49,994 bases of DNA from contig JBBQPO010000010.1 in the NCBI GenBank assembly GCA_038217285.1, positions 1-49,994 of the forward strand, read 5' to 3'. Shown here piece after piece: positions 27,556-37,654 of this stretch. The notes under the pieces were generated by a model, which was not told where the DNA came from, ran no database searches, and was given only the letters and a program-made list of their open reading frames with translations. Source of the stretch: Chthonomonadales bacterium. GTDB taxonomy: Bacteria > Armatimonadota > Chthonomonadetes > Chthonomonadales > Chthonomonadaceae. The translations under genes and the position numbers were made by a program. The first letter of the stretch is position 1. The number at the start of each line of letters is the position of its first letter.

Positions 27556-29049
27556 CTAGCGAGCGGTGACCCGAGCGCGCAGAGCCACGAAGCCCAGAGC
27601 GGGAATAGTCAGGGAGAGGCCGCCGGTTTCGGTGAGACGCGCGGAGCCAGGAGTCGGTGCGACAAGATTGGGCTGTTCCCAGGTATTGGCGGCTTTGGGG
27701 TCGGTTCCGGTCAGAACGTCCACGCCGAGCACCTCAATGGCCCGGACATCGGCCAGGCAGATGTCGAGGGTCGCCGATTCGGTCTGGCTGCGGTTGACCA
27801 CGAAGACCGCGAGTGCGCCGTCCTCCGCCAGGCTCGCCGAGACGTCGAGGGCAGGAACCTCGCCACGCACCCCCGCCTTATAGGTGGGGCTGTCCAGGGC
27901 TGGACGGAGCGATTTGCCGCGCGTATGCTCTGCCATCAGTTGAAAGGGGTAGTAGAGGCTCTGCACCAGCAGGCCGTCCCGCTTCGTCAGCAGCGGCGCG
28001 ATGACATTGACGATCTGGGCGATGCAGGCGATCTTGACGACATCGGCCCGCCGAATGAACGCGTTGAGATACTGCGCCGCCACCAGCGCATCTTCCAGGT
28101 TGTAGACCTCTTCGAGCAGATGCGGCGCCTCGGCCCACTTGCCGTTGCCGTCCCGCGCCTTGTACCAGACGTTCCACTCGTCGAAAGAGAGGTAGACTCG
28201 CTTCTCGGCGCGCTTCAGGCCGCGCACATAGTCGAACAGGCCAGCGTAGTCTTCGATGACGCGCTCGATCTCGATGCCCTCCGCGAGGAACCAGGCGGTA
28301 TCGTCCTGCTGGTTCGTGCTGTAGCGGTGCGCGGAGATATACTGCACATCGTTCCAACAGTATTCGAGGGTAACGCGGTCGTAGTCGAGGTAGGTGGCCA
28401 TGCCGCGTGCGGAGGAGCCGCAGGCGACGAGTTCGATGCTGCCGTCGAGGCCCCGCATCAGTTTCGCGGCCTGGTCGGCGCGCACAGCGTACTCTGCGGC
28501 GGGAACATGCCCGGCCTGCCAGGGGCCGTCCATCTCGTTGCCCAAACACCAGGTCTTGACGCCATAAGGCTCTTTATGGCCGTTGGCGGCGCGTTTGTCG
28601 GCCCAGTAGGTTCCGGTGGGGAAGTTGCAGTACTCCAGCAGAGCGCCGGCCTCTGTGGGGCCCTTGGTGCCGAGATTGACCGCCATCATCGGAGCCGTCT
28701 GCGCCTCTTTGCACCAGACCATGAACTCATCTGTGCCGAAGGTATTGGGCTCGATGCTTTTCCACGCGAACTCCGGACGCTTCGGGCGCTGACTGCGCGG
28801 GCCGATGCCGTCCGTCCAGTCGTAGGCGCTGACGAAGTTGCCGCCGGGATAGCGCATGAGCGGCATACGCATTTTGCGCAGGGCGTCCAGCACGTCCTGC
28901 CGAAAACCGTTGCTGTCGGAGAGCGGGTTGCCCGGATCGTAGACGCCTTCGTAGACCGCCCGCCCCAGATGCTCCAGAAATCCGCTGAAGATACGCGGGT
29001 CGATCTCGCCGACGTGGAACTGTGTGTCCAGTGTCAATGTCGCTTGCAT
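27556..29049 (-). CDS. abfA: Alpha-L-arabinofuranosidase (GH51)
   Basis: IFSGFLEHLGRAVYEG, RYPGGNFVS, WCLGNEMDGPWQ (acid/base Glu), LSFDEWNVW (nucleophile), AQIVNVI. Confidence 0.95.
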   Translation of the reverse strand: MQATLTLDTQFHVGEIDPRIFSGFLEHLGRAVYEGVYDPGNPLSDSNGFRQDVLDALRKMRMPLMRYPGGNFVSAYDWTDGIGPRSQRPKRPEFAWKSIEPNTFGTDEFMVWCKEAQTAPMMAVNLGTKGPTEAGALLEYCNFPTGTYWADKRAANGHKEPYGVKTWCLGNEMDGPWQAGHVPAAEYAVRADQAAKLMRGLDGSIELVACGSSARGMATYLDYDRVTLEYCWNDVQYISAHRYSTNQQDDTAWFLAEGIEIERVIEDYAGLFDYVRGLKRAEKRVYLSFDEWNVWYKARDGNGKWAEAPHLLEEVYNLEDALVAAQYLNAFIRRADVVKIACIAQIVNVIAPLLTKRDGLLVQSLYYPFQLMAEHTRGKSLRPALDSPTYKAGVRGEVPALDVSASLAEDGALAVFVVNRSQTESATLDICLADVRAIEVLGVDVLTGTDPKAANTWEQPNLVAPTPGSARLTETGGLSLTIPALGFVALRARVTAR

Positions 29050-29136
29050 GACGCTCCTCATAGTCGATTTTGATTTTCGAATGCCCGACGGTGGGCACCT
29101 CGTCTCTCGATTTTGGCTGTACGCGCTTCTGAGAGA

Positions 29137-29165
29137 AGTATGACAAGCGAACGGCCCTGTGTCAA
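29137..29165 (-). promoter_or_regulatory. Sigma70 promoter of abfA
   Basis: Minus strand TTGACA-17 bp-CATACT. Confidence 0.65.
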
Positions 29166-29176
29166 TACCTGACCGA

Positions 29177-29218
29177 ACAAAAATGACCGGAAACGTTCGC
29201 GTGAAGCGTTTCCGGTCG
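29177..29218 (-). terminator. Intrinsic terminator of the 29245-29745 gene
   Basis: GACCGGAAACG...CGTTTCCGGTC stem followed on the minus strand by ATTTTTGTT. Confidence 0.65.
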
Positions 29219-29244
29219 TGTGGAGGAGGACTGCAAAGCCCGCA

Positions 29245-29745
29245 TCAATCTTTTTCTCCTCCCTTTTTCTCGTCGTAGCCTCCGGCGGGCTCACCATTAA
29301 CGTCGGGCCCGGCCTCATCGTTTCCGTGTTCGTCCTGCTTATCACCTTCGTCCCCATGGTGCTTAGCCCAGCCTTTATGCAGGCCGTTGTCGTGCTGGCG
29401 TACCGGGTGTAAAGCAGGGGCGCTGTGCTGGTTTTGGTTGGCTTTTGGCTTCAGTATCTTTTGTGTCGGTGTTGGCGGCATCAATTTAAGGGGGCTTACC
29501 GTCACAGTCGGATCGGCATCATGGGCTGCGTCGATTCGTGGCGATACATCTCTCTTTGCGGGCGCGATAAGAGGATCGGAATAGGGAACCATCGCCGAGG
29601 CATCCGCTATCGTGACCGGACGCGAGGGCTGCGGAGCGCTCAGCGGCGCAACCAGTCGCGAGCCGAGCCAGAACGTACCAACACCCATACCAGTAAGCAC
29701 AAGGATCTGCTTCAAAAGGGACGGTTTCAGTAGGTTTGCGATCAT
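29245..29745 (-). CDS. Membrane-anchored low-complexity hypothetical protein
   Basis: N-terminal TM segment, Pro-rich middle, HDNGLHKGW motif, acidic/Gly tail; RBS GGAGAG. Confidence 0.65.
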   Translation of the reverse strand: MIANLLKPSLLKQILVLTGMGVGTFWLGSRLVAPLSAPQPSRPVTIADASAMVPYSDPLIAPAKRDVSPRIDAAHDADPTVTVSPLKLMPPTPTQKILKPKANQNQHSAPALHPVRQHDNGLHKGWAKHHGDEGDKQDEHGNDEAGPDVNGEPAGGYDEKKGGEKD

Positions 29746-30014
29746 GGTTAATGCTCTCCCAGCAACGGAGCGCAGAACGATGCGCTCTCTATTTGTGGCC
29801 CACCGACGACCGGAATCGTTCGGGAATCGAATTCGCGGAGGTTTCGGGATAGGCCCTATGCCGCGAAGGGCGCTTTACCGAACGACGGAGCGCGTCACAG
29901 GGGAGTTCCCAGAATTTGACTTCTCGCGGAACATGAGCTGTGCCCCGGTAATCGGGGTGGGGAACCTATCCCTGGTACGAGCGCCGACATAAGAAAAAGG
30001 AGAAGTGTTGACGA

Positions 30015-30052
30015 CAGAAAGCGGAGGCGCGACGTCGCGCCTCCGCTTTCTG
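30015..30052 (-). terminator. Perfect palindrome, probable terminator of metK
   Basis: CAGAAAGCGGAGGCGCGACGTCGCGCCTCCGCTTTCTG, 36 nt beyond the metK stop. Confidence 0.7.
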
Positions 30053-30087
30053 GGTTCTGAGCGGCCTTAGACCGTCTCCAGGTGGAG

Positions 30088-31245
<1,158 letters not shown>

Positions 31246-31427
31246 GAAAAACAGTTCCTTTCGGGAGCGATAGGCTCCCCACATTCTCCCGTGCACGCGG
31301 GCCACGTCAGAGGCGCGAAACGCGGGCCGGAGGCCGCTTGTGGCGGCGGGATGGCGAGGATGTGTGGGCAAGATGCGGGCGGCAGCTCGGAGCAGGCAGG
31401 CAGGCGGTTGGCCCCTGCAGCAGCCCC

Positions 31428-31466
31428 GAAAAACCAAAAAAACCCTTCTGCGGCGCAGAAGAGGTC
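31428..31466 (-). terminator. Riboswitch-controlled terminator in the metK leader
   Basis: Minus strand ACCTCTTCTGCGCCGCAGAAGGGT followed by TTTTTT, downstream of the SAM-I aptamer. Confidence 0.7.
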
Positions 31467-31528
31467 GTACAGGCAGAATGGCAGGCGGAATGGTTCCGTC
31501 AGACGTTCGGTAGAAGATGCCTTACGCT

Positions 31529-31642
31529 CTCTTATCTTGCAGACAGATCGACTCTGCCCGGATTTAGCACCTGCCCGCGCCATAGCACGGGTGGTTGTTG
31601 TGGTGTCAACGGGCCGGATCCCTCAACCACTCTCGATAAGAA
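31529..31642 (-). ncRNA. SAM-I (S-box) riboswitch
   Basis: Minus strand TCTTATCGAGAGTGGTTGAGGGATCCGGCCCGTTGACACCACAACAACC...GGTGCTAAATCC...AAGATAAGA matches SAM-I P1, P2 kink-turn and pseudoknot signatures; lies upstream of metK. Confidence 0.93.
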
Positions 31643-31668
31643 GCAAACGCTATGCAGTTGTCGAATTA

Positions 31669-31698
31669 AGAGTAGCCTATTTGTGCCTTCCGTGTCAA
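31669..31698 (-). promoter_or_regulatory. Putative promoter of the SAM-I/metK leader
   Basis: Minus strand TTGACA-18 bp-TACTCT. Confidence 0.5.
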
Positions 31699-31889
31699 GG
31701 GTTGCTTTGAGGAGCGTAAAAAGATTTCTTGGCCCTAAATCTCTCTGGTTTTCTCTGTGCCTCTGTGTCTTTAGCGAAGCGGGTGGTCGATTCTTCTCTT
31801 CGCGCAGAGGCAGGAATCGGTTTGGGCGGCGTGGAACACAGACCACGGAAACAGTCCGGTAGGGACGGGCTCTTCAGGAGCGGAGGAAC

Positions 31890-33008
31890 ATGGATACGCT
31901 CAAGATCGGTGCGGGGATCCTGCTGCTGCTGCTCATTCTTTCGGACACGTTCGAGACGATCGTTCTGCCCCGGACGGTGACGCGAAAGATTCGCCTGACG
32001 CGGCTTTTCTATATGTCTCTCTGGGGCGTCTTCGGGCTGATGACGCGGGGCAGTCGCGGGCGAGGGAAAGAGTCGCGTTTCGCCAACGCTTTCGGCCCGC
32101 TGTCGCTGTTGCTGCTGATCCTGATCTGGGCCTGCGGCCTTATTCTGGGGTTTGCGTTGATTCAGTGGGGTCTGGGGTCACCGATCTACTCGGATCACCT
32201 GCGAAGAAATTTTTTCACCGATCTCTACCTGAGCGGCACGACCTTCTTCACGCTGGGGCTGGGCGATGTGACCCCGGCCGGTACGCCGGCGCGTGTGCTG
32301 GCCGTGCTTGAGTCGGGAGTCGGCTTCGGCTTTCTCGCCATCGTCATCGGGTATCTGCCGATCATCTACCAGTGCTTTTCGCGCCGGGAGACGGGCATTA
32401 CGCTGCTCGACTCCCGCGCGGGGTCGCCGCCGACCGCCGGAGAGATGCTCCGCCGGCATGCGGCCGGCGACAGCATGAACGCCCTGGCTCCCCTGCTGCT
32501 GACCATGGAGGCGTGGGCTTCGGACTTTCTGGAGAGCCATCTCTCGTATCCGGTGCTGGTCTTCTACCGCTCGCAGCATGACCGCGAGTCCTGGCTGGCG
32601 ACCCTGACGGTGATGCTCGATGTCTGCGCGCTGATCTTGATCGGCTTCGAGGACAAGGCCGACTGGCAGCGCGGCCTGCACTGGCAAGCGCGGCAGACCT
32701 ACGCTATGTGCCGCCATGCCGTCGTGGACATCACCCTGGTGCTGCATCTGCCGATCCCAGAGTGGAAAGAAGGGCGTTTGTCCGACGACCGGCTCCGCGA
32801 CCTACGTGCCAGGCTGATGACCGCCGGGCTGCATCCGAACTCAGGGACAGCCGCCGATACGCGCCTGCAGGAGCTGCGCCGACAGTACGAGCCCTATCTC
32901 TATGCGCTGGGTTTCCGTCTGCATCAGACGCTGCCGCCCTGGATCGGAGAGGGCGAGCCGGCGGACAACTGGCGCACGGGCATCGGCGATCAGGACAGCC
33001 ACCTGTGA
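31890..33008 (+). CDS. Potassium channel family (Ion_trans_2) membrane protein
   Basis: LYLSGTTFFTLGLGDVTP pore/filter motif between TM helices; RBS GGAGG. Confidence 0.88.
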   Translation: MDTLKIGAGILLLLLILSDTFETIVLPRTVTRKIRLTRLFYMSLWGVFGLMTRGSRGRGKESRFANAFGPLSLLLLILIWACGLILGFALIQWGLGSPIYSDHLRRNFFTDLYLSGTTFFTLGLGDVTPAGTPARVLAVLESGVGFGFLAIVIGYLPIIYQCFSRRETGITLLDSRAGSPPTAGEMLRRHAAGDSMNALAPLLLTMEAWASDFLESHLSYPVLVFYRSQHDRESWLATLTVMLDVCALILIGFEDKADWQRGLHWQARQTYAMCRHAVVDITLVLHLPIPEWKEGRLSDDRLRDLRARLMTAGLHPNSGTAADTRLQELRRQYEPYLYALGFRLHQTLPPWIGEGEPADNWRTGIGDQDSHL

Positions 33009-33132
33009 GGCGTCCTATACGCTCTTCCTGGTCTCTTCGGGCGGGAGTAGGATTTGGCCTGGCACAGCGCGTCGCAATGGCGGGACTGTCGTTTCCAGGA
33101 CCGAAATAGATCGATCAATGAAAGGATCATTC

Positions 33133-33885
33133 ATGGGAAAACTACCGATTGCACTGCAGCTCTACTCCGTGCGCGAGGACGCTGCCAAGAACCTGCCGTA
33201 TGTGCTGGAGGAAGTGGCCAAGATGGGCTACGACGGCGTGGAGTTCGCGGGCTACTACGGCCACAACGCGCAGGAGGTCCGTAAATGGCTCGATGCCAAC
33301 GGTCTGAAATGCGAAGGGGCGCACCTGGGGATCGACACCCTGCTGGGCGACGCGCTGGCGGCCACCGTCGAGTTTCAAGAGACGCTCGGCAACCGCTTCC
33401 TGATCGTGCCCGGCCTGCCCGCTGCGCGCACCGCCACGAAAGCGGCCTGGCGGGAGACGGCGGGCCTGATGAACGAGATCTCCGACAAACTGGCGCCGCA
33501 CGGCATGCGGACGGGCTATCACAACCACCACACGGAGTTCCTGCCGATGGAGGGCGAACTGCCCTGGGACATATTCTTCGGTAACACCAAGCCGGAGGTC
33601 ATCATGCAGTTCGATGTGGGCAACGCGCTGCATGGCGGCGGGCATGCAGCGCCGTTCCTGAAGGCCTATCCGGGCCGCGCGCAGACCGTCCATGTCAAAG
33701 AGTACTCCGCCACCAACGACAAGGCGCTGATCGGCGAGGGCGATGTCGATTGGAACGAGATCTTCGAGCTCTGCGAGACGATCGGCAAAACGGAGTGGTA
33801 TGTGGTCGAGCAGGAGAGCTACGCCTACCCGCCGCTGGAGTGCGCTGCCAAATGCCTCCAGAACCTGCGCGCGATGGGCAAATAG
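33133..33885 (+). CDS. Sugar phosphate isomerase/epimerase (xylose isomerase-like TIM barrel)
   Basis: IALQLYSVR, GYDGVEFAG, GYHNH, QFDVGN, VHVKE, WYVVEQE. Confidence 0.9.
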   Translation: MGKLPIALQLYSVREDAAKNLPYVLEEVAKMGYDGVEFAGYYGHNAQEVRKWLDANGLKCEGAHLGIDTLLGDALAATVEFQETLGNRFLIVPGLPAARTATKAAWRETAGLMNEISDKLAPHGMRTGYHNHHTEFLPMEGELPWDIFFGNTKPEVIMQFDVGNALHGGGHAAPFLKAYPGRAQTVHVKEYSATNDKALIGEGDVDWNEIFELCETIGKTEWYVVEQESYAYPPLECAAKCLQNLRAMGK

Positions 33886-33972
33886 CACAGACTCCGCACA
33901 TTGTAGTCTCTCGTCCGGCCCGGAGCTTGCATGTTCCGGGCTGGCCGCTTTTCGGGAGGAACGTCACTTTTT

Positions 33973-34785
33973 ATGGAACCCAGAACTCCGACGGCGCTAG
34001 ACGATTTTCTGTTCGACCTGCGCGGCTATCTCGTGATCGAAAATGCCGTCAAACCGGATCTGCTCGACGATCTGAACCATGCCTTCGACGGGTTTCCACC
34101 TCTGGAGACAGGCGCATGGTGGGGCAACGCCCAGCGCCGAGACTACACCCATGAGACCGGCTTCGAACTGCACAACTGCGTCGAGGTCGGCGAGCCGTTC
34201 GAGCGGCTGATCGACTGCCCTGGCTGGATCCACTACCTCCATCGCTACTGCGGGGAGCAGCACTCCTATGTGCAGGGGCTGTTCATCGACGAGTGCATCG
34301 CCTCCGTGCGTAATGCGGGCGGGCATCATCCCGTCCACTCCGGCGGCTATCAGGGCGCGCTGCGCGGGGCTTACCACTACAGCAATAATGTCTTCCGATG
34401 CGGACAGTGCAACATCATCCTGGCCCTGACCGACATCGGTCCTGGTGACGGCCCGACCATGGTCGTTCCCGGCAGCCACAAGTCCAACTTTCCGCATCCT
34501 CTCGTCGGGGACTATGCCCGAGGCGACCGCATGGACCAACTGCCCGGCGCCGTGCCGGCCTATCTGAAGAAGGGCGATGCCCTGCTGTTCGTGGACGGCA
34601 TCATGCACGGCGGCAGCAGCCGGACCAATCCGGGCGAGCGGCGTATCCTCATCTATCGCTATGGGCCGCTCTGGGCCTCGACCCGCTTCGGCTACGAGTA
34701 CTCCCAGCCTCTGCTCGACCGCCTGACCCCGGAGCGCCGTAAAATCCTGCAGCCTGTCCCGCCCGCGCGTCCGCCTACAGGATAG
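33973..34785 (+). CDS. Phytanoyl-CoA dioxygenase (PhyH) family Fe(II)/2OG enzyme
   Basis: FDLRGYLVIENA, LTDIGPGDGPTMVVPGSHK, KKGDALLF...MHG...R. Confidence 0.88.
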   Translation: MEPRTPTALDDFLFDLRGYLVIENAVKPDLLDDLNHAFDGFPPLETGAWWGNAQRRDYTHETGFELHNCVEVGEPFERLIDCPGWIHYLHRYCGEQHSYVQGLFIDECIASVRNAGGHHPVHSGGYQGALRGAYHYSNNVFRCGQCNIILALTDIGPGDGPTMVVPGSHKSNFPHPLVGDYARGDRMDQLPGAVPAYLKKGDALLFVDGIMHGGSSRTNPGERRILIYRYGPLWASTRFGYEYSQPLLDRLTPERRKILQPVPPARPPTG

Positions 34786-34933
34786 AGCCGAAAGCGAACA
34801 GACCTCTCCCTGAGCCATCAGGTTGCGCAATACTGCACCCAAAAGTATTGTGTTCTTAGAAATATGTGTTATAATGATGGCAGATTAACGCTTCCGTTTG
34901 ACGAAGATCTTGATAGGTGGAAAGGAAAAACAG

Positions 34934-35737
34934 ATGTTGACACATCATCCCATCGTCCCGGCACATCCCGATCCGATTCGCATCGTACCCCTCCATGTGC
35001 CCGATTCCGTCGTCAGCTCGCCGGCTTTTATCGAGGCAGGGATCGCCCCAGCTCCTGCTCCTCCCCCGCATCTGACCTACCGGGGTGGCCCGCTACTGAA
35101 GGCTGTGGAGATCTATACGATCTTTTGGGGCGCGCCCTGGTCCCAGGCCCCGCTCAACGCGCTGGCTGGCAATATCAACCAGTTCTTTCAGTTCATCGTC
35201 ACCAGTCCGCTGATCGATCAGATGGCCGAGTACAGTGTCCCGAACTTCCCCATAGGCCATGGCAGCTACGCTGGCACGATCACACTGCCCACCCCACATC
35301 CCCCGCACATCGCTTCCGATTCGGCGATCCGGCATATGCTCCAGCAGGAGATCTCGACCAATGCCGCCATCCCACAGCCGAACCCGAACCTGCTCTACTT
35401 CGTCTATCTGCCCCCCGGCGTCGCCATCGTGCAGGGCGGTGGACGCTCCTGCCAGGCGTTTTGCGGCTATCACGACAATATCAGCGGCCAGATCTTTTAT
35501 GCAGCGATGCCCTATCCCGGCTGTCAGGGATGCACGGGTGGCCTGAACGCCTTCGACGCGCTCACCTCCACCAGTTCGCACGAGATGTGCGAGGCCATCA
35601 CGGACGCCGTTCCGGGAACAGGCTGGTACGACGATGTACATGGCGAGATCGGGGATATCTGCGCCTGGAAAACCAAGAAGGTCGGAGCCTACACGGTTCA
35701 ACTGGAGTGGTCGAATGCGGCCAATTCGTGCGCGTAA
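34934..35737 (+). CDS. Hypothetical protein, PHI-1/EXORDIUM-like family (tentative)
   Basis: LTYRGGPLL...IFWG, FCGYH, SHEMCEAITD, GWYD...GEIGDICAW motifs. Confidence 0.65.
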   Translation: MLTHHPIVPAHPDPIRIVPLHVPDSVVSSPAFIEAGIAPAPAPPPHLTYRGGPLLKAVEIYTIFWGAPWSQAPLNALAGNINQFFQFIVTSPLIDQMAEYSVPNFPIGHGSYAGTITLPTPHPPHIASDSAIRHMLQQEISTNAAIPQPNPNLLYFVYLPPGVAIVQGGGRSCQAFCGYHDNISGQIFYAAMPYPGCQGCTGGLNAFDALTSTSSHEMCEAITDAVPGTGWYDDVHGEIGDICAWKTKKVGAYTVQLEWSNAANSCA

Positions 35738-35763
35738 TGGCGGCGAGATCATAACACTTTCGC

Positions 35764-35814
35764 CCACAAGAAGAGGCGTCCTCCCAAAGTACGGGAGGAC
35801 GCCTCTTCTTGTGG
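35764..35814. terminator. Bidirectional terminator hairpin between convergent genes
   Basis: 22-bp perfect stem CCACAAGAAGAGGCGTCCTCCC / GGGAGGACGCCTCTTCTTGTGG with a 7-nt loop. Confidence 0.8.
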
Positions 35815-35830
35815 CGTTAGGCTGGTGTCG

Positions 35831-37234
35831 TCAGAGCGTTCTCAGGAAGGCGACCAGATCTTCCTTTTCATCGTCTGTGAACCCGATACCGAAGCGCGTA
35901 TCGTAGAACTCTACGGCGTCGTCCAGGGTGGCGGCGAAGCCGTTGTGGAAGTATGGGGCGCGTGCGGCCAGACCGCGGAGGATGGGGCCTTTGAACCGGG
36001 CGACATCCTTCCACTTCCCGGTGAGCATGGCGCGGCCCGGATCGGTCGTCTGAATCGTCGCCAGCGTCGTCCTATTTTGCAGCGTATAGAGCGGCATATC
36101 CGCCGTACGGCGGCTGGCGTCGGTCAGCCCGATGTCCAGCGGAAGCCCGACGGAGTGGTTACCCACGTTGGGCGAGTTGTGGCAGGTCGTACAGGTGCCC
36201 ACTATGGTATGCACGTTCAGCGCATCGTTGAGTCCTTTGACTCCGGTGATGTTGATCGGCTTCGTATTGAAGAGCGCCTGTCCGCGCGCGACCCTCTCTC
36301 TCGCCTTCCTGCGGTGTGCGTCGTGGTCCGAGGAGAGATTCGTCCAGGGATCGTAGAGCGTCATCGCAACAGGGTTGAAGGCCATGCCGGTGGGATCGGC
36401 TCCCAGCGTATCGTTGATGCCGATATAGAAGGTCGAGGAAGGAAGGAAGGAGGGTCCGCCCAGCGCCTCTTCGCCATCGAGTCTGCCCGCGTCGTCATCG
36501 TGGGACTGTGCAGTGAACAGTCCGAGCTCGAAGTCTGCGATCTGCCGCTGCTGTTGGGTAGTGAGCGGATGCGCCGCCTGCGCGTGCCCCGTCGTGGCGT
36601 CGTTGGCCTGATGCATCAGGTCCGCGATAAGCGCGGGAACGCTGTTGGTCAGGGGGCCGGTAATGGGCGTGACCGTCTCACGTCCGTCCCACATGACGCC
36701 GCTGATAAAAGAGAGATTGGTGGAGGGCAGCGGACGCCGGAAGAGAGAAAGCTCTCTGGCGGCGCTGGCGTGATGATACGGATCGTCCACACCGATGACG
36801 GCGAACTCGGCGTTCGCGGGCACCGGAAGGCCGACGCGGATAAGCCCTCTGGTCAGCAGCATGCTATAGGCTCTGCGCCGCGCGGAGAGGGTAGAGACAT
36901 CGGCTTCCGGCGAGTTGGAGCCGTCGTTGGTGCGGAAGACCGGGTCCAGGCCGCGTGACGCCTCGAAACGCTCTTGCAGATGCTCCGGGGTGATAGACCA
37001 GGCATCTCCGGGTTGATGGCAGGTGACGCAGGAGCGGCCATTCGTGCCGAGGCTGGTGAAGAAAGGATTCGAGGTGTCGATTCGACCGTTGGTGGTCACG
37101 GTGCGGATGCGGCCGCTTGGGTCGCGGAACTCCAGATCGTCGTTGTCGGCGGCCTGGGAGGGGATCATTGTCAGACCGGACAGCAGGGCTGTCGGCAGTC
37201 CGATAGCGCAGAGGAACAGCTTTGTTCCGTTCAA
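35831..37234 (-). CDS. Secreted diheme cytochrome c peroxidase/MauG-superfamily protein
   Basis: NGRSCVTCH, CTTCH, MWDGR, TDPGRA, FKGPILRGL, APYFHNG, EKEDLVAFL; TTG start after GGAGAG; signal peptide. Confidence 0.88.
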   Translation of the reverse strand: MNGTKLFLCAIGLPTALLSGLTMIPSQAADNDDLEFRDPSGRIRTVTTNGRIDTSNPFFTSLGTNGRSCVTCHQPGDAWSITPEHLQERFEASRGLDPVFRTNDGSNSPEADVSTLSARRRAYSMLLTRGLIRVGLPVPANAEFAVIGVDDPYHHASAARELSLFRRPLPSTNLSFISGVMWDGRETVTPITGPLTNSVPALIADLMHQANDATTGHAQAAHPLTTQQQRQIADFELGLFTAQSHDDDAGRLDGEEALGGPSFLPSSTFYIGINDTLGADPTGMAFNPVAMTLYDPWTNLSSDHDAHRRKARERVARGQALFNTKPINITGVKGLNDALNVHTIVGTCTTCHNSPNVGNHSVGLPLDIGLTDASRRTADMPLYTLQNRTTLATIQTTDPGRAMLTGKWKDVARFKGPILRGLAARAPYFHNGFAATLDDAVEFYDTRFGIGFTDDEKEDLVAFLRTL

Positions 37235-37438
37235 TTTGTACTCTCCTTGCATATGGGGACAAATACCGGAAGGCGTGACACTCATATGGAGTGCCAAAAG
37301 TGTTCAAACAGCATAAAGAGGCCATCTGTCGATATAGGGCGACAGAGAGCGGAGGATATTGCCTCCTTCCTGGATTCTGGAGGATACGAACCCAGCATAC
37401 AGTTAACGATCATTATACTGCCTGACCGCCCCCAAAAA

Positions 37439-37475
37439 GCTGTTAACTCTTTCACAGTGTGAAAGAGTTAACAGC
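37439..37475. repeat. Perfect 37-bp palindrome between divergent genes
   Basis: GCTGTTAACTCTTTCACA-G-TGTGAAAGAGTTAACAGC. Confidence 0.9.
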
Positions 37476-37654
37476 GGCAAACCGAACAGGAAATGACGGC
37501 GCAAAAGGTGAATGCTTTGTTTAGAACGGGTTCTCATGCCGCCGCGGCCATCCAATGCCGCGACCACGACGACAAATCCCACGGATGCCGGCCATCAGCC
37601 TCAGCTAGCATTGGTAAGGGTCACATAACGACCGAACCCCAGAAGGAGTCCACG

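Noticed and set aside
29185-29218. LacI-like operator upstream of abfA
   Set aside because: Better explained as the terminator hairpin of the upstream gene (T-run follows on the minus strand) and lies upstream of the -35.
31246-31437. N-terminal extension of MetK in the ORF track
   Set aside because: Conserved MetK starts at [12 protein letters not shown] with an RBS; the extension is untranslated leader.
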